NCBI GenBank assembly: GCA_037137395.1 | Contig: JBAXKK010000003.1 | Span: 541 to 64,540 of the forward strand | Source: Elusimicrobiota bacterium | Lineage (GTDB): Bacteria; Elusimicrobiota; Elusimicrobia; Elusimicrobiales; UBA9959 | Direction of reading: 5' to 3' | Length of the DNA stretch: 64,000 nt | In this document: one piece after another, positions 51,701-60,052 of the stretch | Layout: every line of letters starts with the position of its first letter | Position numbering within the stretch: the first letter of the stretch is position 1 | Notes under the pieces: model-generated | What the model was told of the DNA's origin: nothing | Databases searched by the model: none | What the model saw: only the letters and a program-made list of their open reading frames with translations | Made by a program: the position numbers and the translations under genes

Positions 51701-52497
51701 TGGAAGATTACCCAGGCGCAAACACCTCCGGCGGCTATAATGACCGCCTGTGTCAGCGCCCCCGGCCAAAGCCATAGCGGGCTGAGGTATTTAACGGGAT
51801 AAACAAGCGCGTATGAAACAGCTACGGCGCTAGAGCTGGCCAGGATGCCGGCAAAAAACCAGTTCCGATCGCGCCGCAGGCTTTCCAGCAGACTGGCGAC
51901 AGTGTTGCGATAAAACACCGCCATAAGGGTCATAATCACAAGAGACACGAAGGCGAGGGCCAGTGTGACCAAAATATAGTGCCCGTAAAAAAGAGCGTGA
52001 AGGATGGCTGTCGCCTCAAGCGGTTTATACTTAATGTCGTCCACTCCGTTTATCTTCCAGGCTGCCTCTACCCAGGAACTCAGATTGCCAAGAGCGGATT
52101 CTTGCAGAGATATTTCAAAAGTATCGGGCAGCGGGTTGGCGCCCATATTCATCACCGCGCTCACCAGATCAGGATCTTCCTCGCGCAGCTTGCGCAGACT
52201 CTCGGCCTTGCTTATGAAGGAAACCTCGGCGGTACCTGCCAGGGCTTTGAAGGCACTATCCATATCCCCCGGCTCCGGCTTCACCCTATCGCTCTTGACC
52301 GCCACTATTCGAAAATCTTCTTTTAGTATGAGTGCTATTTCGCGAACCTGAATTCTTACAAAAAGGAGCGCTTCAACCATTAGCGCGCCGGCAAAAACAA
52401 TCAGGAAGACTATTCGATAGCCTTTCCTGTCTTTTTTTTGTTCTTCAATGTTATGAGGATGCTGCGGCTTATGATGTTGCGGATGATGTTCTTCCAT
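51679..52497 (-). CDS. ftsX: cell-division permease-like protein FtsX
   Basis: Topology of TM1, a ~100-aa periplasmic loop, then three C-terminal TM segments; position directly upstream of envC-like and ctp. Start set at ATG 52497 behind GGAGAAAGG. His-rich N-terminus. Confidence 0.75.
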   Translation of the reverse strand: MEEHHPQHHKPQHPHNIEEQKKDRKGYRIVFLIVFAGALMVEALLFVRIQVREIALILKEDFRIVAVKSDRVKPEPGDMDSAFKALAGTAEVSFISKAESLRKLREEDPDLVSAVMNMGANPLPDTFEISLQESALGNLSSWVEAAWKINGVDDIKYKPLEATAILHALFYGHYILVTLALAFVSLVIMTLMAVFYRNTVASLLESLRRDRNWFFAGILASSSAVAVSYALVYPVKYLSPLWLWPGALTQAVIIAAGGVCAWVIFQWKNTHN

Positions 52498-52582
52498 ATA
52501 AAAACCTTTCTCCGGCTGACCAGGGCTCAGGGACTCCATGGAGATTATATAATTTATTGGAGACACCGGAGCGGGAGGTTCG

Positions 52583-52645
52583 GAGAATTAAGGATTTAAG
52601 GATTAAGGGTTATGCCGCTTACCGCATCTTATATCGCTTACACTC
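52583..52645. repeat. imperfect inverted repeat, AAGGATTAAG family
   Basis: gagaattaaggatttaaggattaaggg ttatg ccgcttaccgcatcttatatcgcttacactc. Confidence 0.6.
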
Positions 52646-53547
52646 TACAGCGACTTATCTTTGAATTCCACGGCCGCCACAAAAGGAGAGCGGGAAAGCT
52701 CCCCCACCATATCCACCGGCAGACTGCCAGTGACATCAAAAGCGGTGAACTTAGCGTTTCCGGCATTTTGAGGCAGCCGGAATATGTTTTCGGAAGCGAA
52801 CCCGGTGCCGGCGCTAAGCTGGCGTATGAACTCGGAAACGAATACTCCGGAAAGGGTGCCGCCCGGCGCCCGAAGAGTGAAACGTATGCGTGTCCGGAGC
52901 GGTATGCCGGCGGATTTTTTCTCTATCGCCACCCTGCGCACATGGGGATGCTTATAAATGCTTTCAAGTTTAGAATAGGGCGCCCAGCCGAGCAGAAATG
53001 TTTTTTTTCCGCCGCCCGTAAAGTAAGTTTTCTCCCCGGCAAACCTAAAACCTGTCGCGGAAAGCGCCTTTATCACGGCGGGATATTCGTTCGTCTTGGG
53101 AAGCACAGTTATAAACACATAATCCCCTGCGTTAAAACCAGAGAGGGCGTTGGGGTCCAGCGGATTGACATACGCGGAAAGCGGCCCCCCTTCGTTGGCA
53201 AAAGTGACTTTATAATACTGTCCCGGCGCGGTCTTGACGGCGGGCGCGGGAGCGGGCGCGGGAGCGGGCGCGGGAGCGGGAGCGGAGGCCTTGATTATTA
53301 CTGGCAGCTGATCATTCTTTAAAGTCACTGACAGCAGAGAAGTGGGCGCGTCACGGAAATCGTTCACGTATTTCGGGGTGTTATTGGGATTGCGGTAACC
53401 GTAAGCAGTTTCAACGTAATCCTGGAAAGCAGGGTCAAGATATGGATTTGTATCGGGGGAAGGCGCCAGAAAACCATCATGAGCCGCCGCCCGTCCAAAA
53501 AACAGGCATACGAGAGGGAATAAAACAGCGTACTTTTTAATTTTCAT
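52645..53547 (-). CDS. secreted protein with a (Pro-Ala)n linker, unknown function
   Basis: Signal peptide MKIKKYAVLFPLVCLFFGRAAA and the linker SAPAPAPAPAPAPAPAPA. I recognise no family. Confidence 0.5.
   Translation of the reverse strand: MKIKKYAVLFPLVCLFFGRAAAHDGFLAPSPDTNPYLDPAFQDYVETAYGYRNPNNTPKYVNDFRDAPTSLLSVTLKNDQLPVIIKASAPAPAPAPAPAPAPAVKTAPGQYYKVTFANEGGPLSAYVNPLDPNALSGFNAGDYVFITVLPKTNEYPAVIKALSATGFRFAGEKTYFTGGGKKTFLLGWAPYSKLESIYKHPHVRRVAIEKKSAGIPLRTRIRFTLRAPGGTLSGVFVSEFIRQLSAGTGFASENIFRLPQNAGNAKFTAFDVTGSLPVDMVGELSRSPFVAAVEFKDKSL
53241..53286. repeat. tandem 12-nt repeats encoding the (PA)n linker
   Basis: gggcgcgggagc repeated about 3.5 times. Confidence 0.8.
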
Positions 53548-53850
53548 TCTTGCATCCAAATAATCTGCGCAGACGCCACATCAGAAACAATGACAACCAA
53601 TCGGCCGCAAAAAAAACAAAGAAGCGGGAATATTTTTAAATCCCGTTTCCCCTGGTACCCCGGATTCACAGGCCCGGAGGTGGATGCTCCCTCGCCTCTT
53701 CGAAGGATTACAAGTGGTATATACATATTACCTTCAATGACACATACCCACAAGGCACTTTAGACCCATAAAACCGCCACAAAGAGACCTACTCTAAAAT
53801 AGGCCTAAAGACCTATATGCGCCCGCAGCTGGATTCCATTTAGAAGCGTA

Positions 53851-53947
53851 ACCATTGTCGCTGTCGCATTGTCGTACTGTCTCGCTGCCGCCCTGCCGTA
53901 CTGTCTCGTTGCCGCGTTGTCTCGCTGCCGCCCTGCCGCGCTGTCAG
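53851..53947. repeat. A-poor direct-repeat block (40-nt period) upstream of the efflux operon promoter
   Basis: ctgtctcgctgccgccctgccg (53877-53898) and ttgtctcgctgccgccctgccg (53917-53938) match at 21 of 22 positions, with a degenerate copy between them. Built from the words TGTCGC and TGTCTCG. Confidence 0.75.
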
Positions 53948-53949
53948 TC

Positions 53950-53979
53950 TTGACATCAAAGCTCCGGACCTGTTATAAT
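53950..53979 (+). promoter_or_regulatory. consensus-hexamer sigma70 promoter
   Basis: TTGACA (53950-53955), an 18-nt spacer, then TATAAT (53974-53979); 21 nt before ATG 54001. Confidence 0.6.
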
Positions 53980-53997
53980 TTATCTACCGGTAGGTAA
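53980..53997 (+). promoter_or_regulatory. candidate TetR operator (18-bp palindrome)
   Basis: TTATCTACCGGTAGGTAA differs from its own reverse complement at one symmetric position. It sits between the -10 box and the start codon. Confidence 0.5.
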
Positions 53998-54000
53998 GTT

Positions 54001-55899
54001 ATGAAAAAACAACAAAAAGAAAAAATGACCAAGGGCGATAAGACCCGCCATAAAATACTTGAGACCGCGGTCAGGATGATGTCCGAAAAAGGCCCGGACG
54101 CGGTCTCCATGAGAGAGATATCATCCCACTTGAGGATAACGAAGCCCGTGCTCTATTACTATTTCAAGGACAAAGAAACGCTCATCCGCGCGGCCTTCCA
54201 TGAAGGCACCAGACATTTCCGCGAGCTGGATACGCTGGTACTGGATGAATCCATACCGCTTGAGAAAAAGATAGCCATGATTTTAAGCAATCACCTTAAC
54301 TTTATACGAAAACACCCAAATATGCCCAAATGCGCCCTCAAGATAATAGCCTCACCCTCAGACGGGGTCCTCAGCGGCATGGCCCTTGAAATGAAAAACG
54401 AACACCGGAAAATGCTCAAACAGGTAATTTATGACGCGGCACGAAAAGGCGAGGTTGCAAAAGAGGCCGCCAACGATATATCACACCTCTTAAGCGCCGC
54501 CATGACCCATTTCATCATTGAGGCGAAAGAGAACGGCCTGGCCGCGCTTGATACAGGTATGCCGGCGCGCTTCGCCAGAATAATCTGCGCCGGGGCCAGG
54601 GGCGTCAAAGCCTCGATAGCGGCTTTTTTGATTTCAGCCATGATGATTTCCGGGGCGCGGGCAGCATCCCTTGAACTCAGCCTGCGCGACGCGGTCGGCA
54701 CCGCACTGAGGAATAACGCAACGGTGGTGACCGCGGAAGAGACGCGCCTCATATATAAGGAAAGAGTAAAAGAATATTGGGGCACGGTCTACCCGCAACT
54801 TAGCGCCAGCGGCCAGTATACCCGCAATATCGAGTCTCCCTCGTTCTTCATCGGCGGCAACAAAATAAAGTCAGGGTTAGCCAATGCATACGCCGCCGGG
54901 CTGAACTTGGACCAGGTTCTCTGGGCGGGCGGCAGGGTCTATACGGGAATAAAGATAGCCAACATCTACTCGAGCGCCAGCGACGAACAGCTCAAGACCG
55001 CTCAGAATGGCGTATCCAAGGCGGTAAAACAGATTTATTATTCGGTTCTGCTGGCTAAATCGATGACCGGCATACAGAAGGAATCTCTGGATTTGGCCCG
55101 CCAGCATTTGGATACCATCGAGGCCCAGTACAAGCAAGGCATAGCCAGCGATCTTGCCGTGCTTCGCCAGAAGGTAGAGGTGTCCAACACCGTCCCCGCG
55201 CTGACCCAGGCCCAGAATCTTTATGAAGAAGGGCTGGTAGAACTGAAAAACCTGCTGGGACTGGACCCTGAAACGGATATTTCTCTGTCGGATGGGTTCA
55301 CCTGTGGCGTTCAGGGTCCCGGGGAAATATCCGCGCTCTACAAAACCGCCCTCATGAATCGTCCCGAATACAGCAATATGAGATATCAGCGCGATCTCTA
55401 CAGAGAAATGGTAACAATAGAACGGGCCGGCCACTTCCCACACCTGAGCGCCTTCGCTTCCAGGCAGTTCCAGGGCCAGAGCGACTCCGGTTTCCCGGAT
55501 TCAGGCCATCAGGCCTGGAGCACAATGGCCGGACTCAAATTATCATTGCCTCTGTTCTCCGGCGGCTCTGTAAATTCCCGCACCAGACAGGCCAGACTGC
55601 AAGCCGGTATAGCGGATACAAACCTTAAGGAACTTGAAAGAAAAATAAAGATAGAGGTTAAAAAAGCCTGGCTCAGCATGAACGAGGCTTCCGAAAGGCG
55701 CGAATCGCAAACCACGGCGGTGGAACAGGCCCGCAAGGCGCTGTCCGCTACTGAAGTCAGGTTCAGAAACGGCCTGGCAAGCCAGCTGGAACTCAATGAC
55801 ACTTCTCTGGCTTTAAACAGGTCTCAAACCCTCTATATACAAGCCCTGCACGACACCTGCTCGGCTGACGCGGAATTGAAGTGGACGCTCGGAGAATAA
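54001..55899 (+). CDS. single ORF joining a TetR-family HTH regulator (aa 1-~190) in frame to a TolC-family outer-membrane factor (aa ~187-632)
   Basis: TetR N-terminus TRHKILETAVRMMSEKGPDAVSMREISSHLRITKPVLYYYFKDKETL. From aa 187 there is a signal-peptide-like MPARFARIICAGARGVKASIAAFLISAMMISGARA, then TolC-like repeats (LSLRDAVGTALRNN...; LPLFSGG...). Confidence 0.7.
   Translation: MKKQQKEKMTKGDKTRHKILETAVRMMSEKGPDAVSMREISSHLRITKPVLYYYFKDKETLIRAAFHEGTRHFRELDTLVLDESIPLEKKIAMILSNHLNFIRKHPNMPKCALKIIASPSDGVLSGMALEMKNEHRKMLKQVIYDAARKGEVAKEAANDISHLLSAAMTHFIIEAKENGLAALDTGMPARFARIICAGARGVKASIAAFLISAMMISGARAASLELSLRDAVGTALRNNATVVTAEETRLIYKERVKEYWGTVYPQLSASGQYTRNIESPSFFIGGNKIKSGLANAYAAGLNLDQVLWAGGRVYTGIKIANIYSSASDEQLKTAQNGVSKAVKQIYYSVLLAKSMTGIQKESLDLARQHLDTIEAQYKQGIASDLAVLRQKVEVSNTVPALTQAQNLYEEGLVELKNLLGLDPETDISLSDGFTCGVQGPGEISALYKTALMNRPEYSNMRYQRDLYREMVTIERAGHFPHLSAFASRQFQGQSDSGFPDSGHQAWSTMAGLKLSLPLFSGGSVNSRTRQARLQAGIADTNLKELERKIKIEVKKAWLSMNEASERRESQTTAVEQARKALSATEVRFRNGLASQLELNDTSLALNRSQTLYIQALHDTCSADAELKWTLGE
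54559..55899 (+). CDS. nested candidate: TolC-family outer-membrane efflux protein translated from the internal ATG
   Basis: ATG 54559 gives a 446-aa product with a plausible Sec signal peptide ending ARA-AS, the normal size for an OMF. The SD is weak (AGG only 2 nt upstream). Confidence 0.5.
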   Translation: MPARFARIICAGARGVKASIAAFLISAMMISGARAASLELSLRDAVGTALRNNATVVTAEETRLIYKERVKEYWGTVYPQLSASGQYTRNIESPSFFIGGNKIKSGLANAYAAGLNLDQVLWAGGRVYTGIKIANIYSSASDEQLKTAQNGVSKAVKQIYYSVLLAKSMTGIQKESLDLARQHLDTIEAQYKQGIASDLAVLRQKVEVSNTVPALTQAQNLYEEGLVELKNLLGLDPETDISLSDGFTCGVQGPGEISALYKTALMNRPEYSNMRYQRDLYREMVTIERAGHFPHLSAFASRQFQGQSDSGFPDSGHQAWSTMAGLKLSLPLFSGGSVNSRTRQARLQAGIADTNLKELERKIKIEVKKAWLSMNEASERRESQTTAVEQARKALSATEVRFRNGLASQLELNDTSLALNRSQTLYIQALHDTCSADAELKWTLGE

Positions 55900-55965
55900 G
55901 AAGTGATAAAGAAATAAGTTTAAAACTTTATATTTAATTGTTAAAGCTTTCACCATGGAGAATTT

Positions 55966-56874
55966 ATGAAAAATATTAAAACTATAAAACCATTAACTGC
56001 CGGATATTCGCTTATTTTAACGGCTGTCCTTATGACAACAGGCGGATGCAAAAACAAGGACCTGGAAGCTTTCAACAACCTTGAAAAAGACCGCTTCCTT
56101 GTGAAAACCGAAAAAGCCGTGATAAAAAATATAGAGGACTACCTTATACTAGTGGGGTCGATAAAAGCCATGGACGAAGCCGTGCTTTACCCCCGGGTTT
56201 CAGGCAAGCTTTTAAAAAATCTCCTTACCGACGGCGACGCGGTAAAAAAAGACCAGACGGTAGCATTGATCGAACGCGACGAGCCCGGCGTGGTTTACGA
56301 AGCGGCTCCGGTCCCCTCAACCCTTAACGGGGTCATCGGCCGCGTATATCAGGACACAGGGGCCAGCGTCACCCCCCAAACGCCCATAGCACTGGTGGTG
56401 AACCAGGACCAGGTGCGGGTGGTGGTAGATGTGCCAGAGCGCTACGTCGCCAAAGTTTTCATCAACCAGATCGCTTATATTAAAGTTGACGCTTTTCCCG
56501 AAACGCTTTTCCGCGGCAGGGTCTACAGGGTCAGCCCCGTGGTGGACACAAAATCAAGGAGCTCAGTCATAGAGATCCTGGCCGACAACTCCAAAAATCT
56601 GCTTAAATCCGGCATGTTCGCCGAGATACGGCTGGTTGTTGGATTCAAGTCCGAAGCCTTGGCCGCACCTTCGGCCGCCGTACTCCGGGATGAAAAAGGC
56701 CGCCCCTACATCTTTGTGCCCATGAACAATGTGGCTGTCAAACGCAATGTTACGACCGGCATCAGCAACGGAGATTATGTGCAGATCTCCGGCGGATTGA
56801 AAGCCGGGGATATGCTTATAACCTTCGGCCTTTACGGCCTAAAGGACGGAAGCAAGATCAAAATACAGGATTGA
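55966..56874 (+). CDS. RND efflux periplasmic adaptor (MFP), lipoprotein
   Basis: Lipobox LMTTGGC; a HlyD-like barrel-sandwich and beta-barrel (VKKDQTVALIE...VDVPERYV...FRGRVYRVSPVVD...). Confidence 0.88.
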   Translation: MKNIKTIKPLTAGYSLILTAVLMTTGGCKNKDLEAFNNLEKDRFLVKTEKAVIKNIEDYLILVGSIKAMDEAVLYPRVSGKLLKNLLTDGDAVKKDQTVALIERDEPGVVYEAAPVPSTLNGVIGRVYQDTGASVTPQTPIALVVNQDQVRVVVDVPERYVAKVFINQIAYIKVDAFPETLFRGRVYRVSPVVDTKSRSSVIEILADNSKNLLKSGMFAEIRLVVGFKSEALAAPSAAVLRDEKGRPYIFVPMNNVAVKRNVTTGISNGDYVQISGGLKAGDMLITFGLYGLKDGSKIKIQD

Positions 56875-56876
56875 GC

Positions 56877-56934
56877 GGTAAATTGTAAAAAGTAAAAACT
56901 TAACCCTTATCATTTAATTCTTGCTACTTACCTA
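56877..56934. repeat. word-based spacer (GTAAAAA / CTTAAC, CTTAC words) in the plus-strand operon
   Basis: gtaaattgtaaaaagtaaaaac ttaacccttatcatttaattcttgctacttacc. Confidence 0.45.
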
Positions 56935-56936
56935 TT

Positions 56937-59900
56937 ATGAAAATAACTGAAATTGCAGTCAAAAAACCGATCTTCACCACCATGATGATCCTGGCCCTGG
57001 TAGTCCTGGGCACTTTCTCCTACTTCCGCCTGGGCGTGGACCTTTTTCCGAACGTGGAATTTCCGTTCGTGGTTGTGCAGACCACCCTGCGCGGCGCGGG
57101 CCCGGAAGAGATAGAATCCTCCGTGACCAAACCTATAGAGGAAGCGGTAAACACCATCTCCGGCATTGAAGAAATAAATTCCACCAGCTATGAAGGCCTC
57201 TCCATGGTCATGATCAAGTTCGTGCTGGAGAAGAACGGGGACATAGCCGCTCAGGACGTGCGCGACAAGGTCGGCTCCGTCCAGCGCCAGCTGCCGCAGG
57301 GCACCGACCCACCCGTTATCGGCAAGTTCGACATCGGAGCCATAGCAGTGGTGAATGTGGTAGTTTCAGGAGATAAGGACCTGATAGAGCTTACCCGCTT
57401 CGCTAAGAAAAAGATCAAGGAAAATATAGAGACCGTAAGCGGCGTGGGATCGGTTGATGTGGTGGGCGGACGCGAGCGCGAGATACACATCGTAGTGAAC
57501 CCGCTGAAAATGGCCTCGCTTAATATCTCCACCAAACAGCTGAAAGACGCAATAACGCAGCAGAATATAGAGATTCCAGGCGGCAAAGTTGAGCAACCGG
57601 ACAAGGAATTTGTGCTCCGCACCCTGGGCCGCATTAAAGATGTGAAGGATTTTAACGCCATAGTCGTCACCAGCGTCGGCGGAACACCTATACGCATCTC
57701 CGACATCGCCATAGTGGAAGATACCGGCGAATATATGCGCACCGCCTCCTATCTGGACGGTAAACCGTCGGTCACTCTGGTGGTAAAAAAACAATCCGGA
57801 ACAAACACCGTTGAGGTGGTAAAAAAAATACGCGAGCGCGTTAACAGCATTCAAGCCATCATCCCCCCCGGCATCCAGACCAGGATAGTAGGCGACCAGT
57901 CGGAGTTCATCCAGAATTCCGTCAACACGGTCAAAGAGCATCTGGTCCTTGGCGCCATTCTTGCCGGCCTGATGGTGCTGCTCTTCCTGGGCGACTTCCG
58001 GTCCACAATAATCTCAGCCATGGCCATCCCGGCCTCGCTCATCGCCACCTTCCTGTTTATGGACTACGCTGGCTTCACTCTGAACAATATGACGCTTCTG
58101 GGCCTGACCATAGCAGTTGGCCTGGTCATAGATGACGCTATAGTCATGCTCGAAAACATATACCGGCATATGGAGGAGCATAAGATCTCCCCTGTAAAAG
58201 CGGCGCTGAGCGGCGCTGAGGAAATAGGCTTCGCGGTCATCGCCATGTCCTTGTCGCTTATCGTTATATTTCTGCCGCTGGCCTATATGGGCGGGATTAT
58301 CGGCAGGTTTGTGAAGAGCTACGGGCTCACCATCGCCTTCGCCATAGCGATAAGCACCCTGGTGGCGCTGACATTCACTCCGATGCTCGCCTCGCTTTTC
58401 CTTAAAGTAAAAAGCACCGAAAAAACAAAACTTCAGAAATTCACCGACCATATCAACGAATCTCTGGCGAACCGCTATATAAAGATGCTCGAATGGGCCT
58501 TATCTCACAGGAAATTCATGGTCCTGTCGTCCATCGGCATAATGCTGTCCATGATACCGATGTTCATGTTTATAGGCAAGGACTTCCTGCCTGCCGACGA
58601 CACCGGCCAGTATCAGATAAACATCAAGGCTCCGGAGGGAACCAGCCTGGGGGTCATGAAAGAGCTCTTCTCTCAGATAGAGGCGGAGACCAAAACCATC
58701 CCCTATGTCACAACCACGCTGTCCTCCATCGGCACCGGCATTGGCAGCCACGCGGGCGCGCCTTCCGTAAACGAAGGATATGTCATGGCGGAACTGGTAG
58801 ACGTTTCTAAACGCCCGTCCCTGAAAAAGATAATGGCAAGCTCGCGCGCCATGATGTCGAAATATACCACCCTCAGGATCTCAGTCGCGCCCGTGGGCGG
58901 CTTCGGCGGGGGAGGAGAAAAAGAATTCCAGTATGTGGTGGCCGGCCCCGAACTGGCAAAGTTGCAGATTTACGCTAAAACAATCGCCGATCATCTCCGC
59001 TCCCTTAATGGAGTGGTTGACGTAGATCTTAGCTTTTCCTATGCAAAGCCGGAATATCGCGTGGAGATAGACCGCGACCGGGCGCACGATCTGGGAGTCA
59101 AGATTGAAGACATCGCCACATCGCTGCGCACACTGGTGGGCGGAGAAGAAGACATCACAAAGTTTAAGGACGCGGATGATCTATACCAGGTCCGCGTAAG
59201 AGCCGACAAGAACTTCCGGGACAGGAAGGATGTTATAGAGGCCATGGTGGTCCCTGCCAACAATGGCAAGACCGTGCGGCTGGACAACGTGGCGAAAGTG
59301 GTGGAGGGGCTGGGTCCGACGCAGATAGAGAGATATAATCGCCAGCGCAAGATCACGGTGGAAGCCAACACCACCGGAATGCCACTGGGAAAAATGATAG
59401 ATGAGGCGGATAAGGCGTTCAAAGCGCTGAAAGCTCCGCCCGAATACACCGCGGGCGCGACCGGAAGATCAAAGGAACTGGGGAATATGCTGAAAGGCTT
59501 TCTGATCGCCTTCCTCATGTCCTTCATCTTTATCTATATCGTGCTGGCGAGTCAGTTCGAAAGTTTCGTCTATCCGATATCCATCATTATAGCCCTGCCG
59601 CTAACCCTGCCGTTCGCGGTTCTCTCTCTGTTCATAACCGGCCAAAATATGACGCTGTTCAGCATCATGGGTATCTTCATGCTGTTCGGCATAGTCAAAA
59701 AGAACGCCATCCTGCAGGTGGATTACACCAACACCCTGCGGGCCGGAGGGATGGACAGACATACCGCGTCCATAGAAGCCAACCGCACAAGGCTGCGCCC
59801 TATACTTATGACCACGCTGACTCTGGTAGCCAGCATGATACCGACCGCGCTGGGAACAGGCGCTGGATCTGGCTCGCGCCGCGCTATGGCGTGGGTCATC

Positions 59901-60014
59901 ATAGGCGGACAGTCACTGTCGCTGCTAATAACCTTGTTGATGACGCCGGTCACCTACACGCTATTTGACGATCTGCAAGAATGGTTTAAGAAGAAGTACA
60001 TGAAGACCGAATAA
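56937..60014 (+). CDS. RND-family efflux transporter (AcrB/HAE1-like)
   Basis: 1025 aa with a 12-TM AcrB architecture: MKITEIAVKKPIFTTMMILALVVLG..., VIDDAIVMLENIYRH, second-half repeat. Confidence 0.93.
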   Translation: MKITEIAVKKPIFTTMMILALVVLGTFSYFRLGVDLFPNVEFPFVVVQTTLRGAGPEEIESSVTKPIEEAVNTISGIEEINSTSYEGLSMVMIKFVLEKNGDIAAQDVRDKVGSVQRQLPQGTDPPVIGKFDIGAIAVVNVVVSGDKDLIELTRFAKKKIKENIETVSGVGSVDVVGGREREIHIVVNPLKMASLNISTKQLKDAITQQNIEIPGGKVEQPDKEFVLRTLGRIKDVKDFNAIVVTSVGGTPIRISDIAIVEDTGEYMRTASYLDGKPSVTLVVKKQSGTNTVEVVKKIRERVNSIQAIIPPGIQTRIVGDQSEFIQNSVNTVKEHLVLGAILAGLMVLLFLGDFRSTIISAMAIPASLIATFLFMDYAGFTLNNMTLLGLTIAVGLVIDDAIVMLENIYRHMEEHKISPVKAALSGAEEIGFAVIAMSLSLIVIFLPLAYMGGIIGRFVKSYGLTIAFAIAISTLVALTFTPMLASLFLKVKSTEKTKLQKFTDHINESLANRYIKMLEWALSHRKFMVLSSIGIMLSMIPMFMFIGKDFLPADDTGQYQINIKAPEGTSLGVMKELFSQIEAETKTIPYVTTTLSSIGTGIGSHAGAPSVNEGYVMAELVDVSKRPSLKKIMASSRAMMSKYTTLRISVAPVGGFGGGGEKEFQYVVAGPELAKLQIYAKTIADHLRSLNGVVDVDLSFSYAKPEYRVEIDRDRAHDLGVKIEDIATSLRTLVGGEEDITKFKDADDLYQVRVRADKNFRDRKDVIEAMVVPANNGKTVRLDNVAKVVEGLGPTQIERYNRQRKITVEANTTGMPLGKMIDEADKAFKALKAPPEYTAGATGRSKELGNMLKGFLIAFLMSFIFIYIVLASQFESFVYPISIIIALPLTLPFAVLSLFITGQNMTLFSIMGIFMLFGIVKKNAILQVDYTNTLRAGGMDRHTASIEANRTRLRPILMTTLTLVASMIPTALGTGAGSGSRRAMAWVIIGGQSLSLLITLLMTPVTYTLFDDLQEWFKKKYMKTE

Positions 60015-60052
60015 CTACGGGCCCCGCCGCTATTCATGATAAGCGGCGTCAA

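Noticed and set aside
53544-53753. 69-aa minus-strand ORF in the divergent promoter region
   Set aside because: It overlaps the start of the (PA)n protein gene in another frame, has no SD, and has odd composition.
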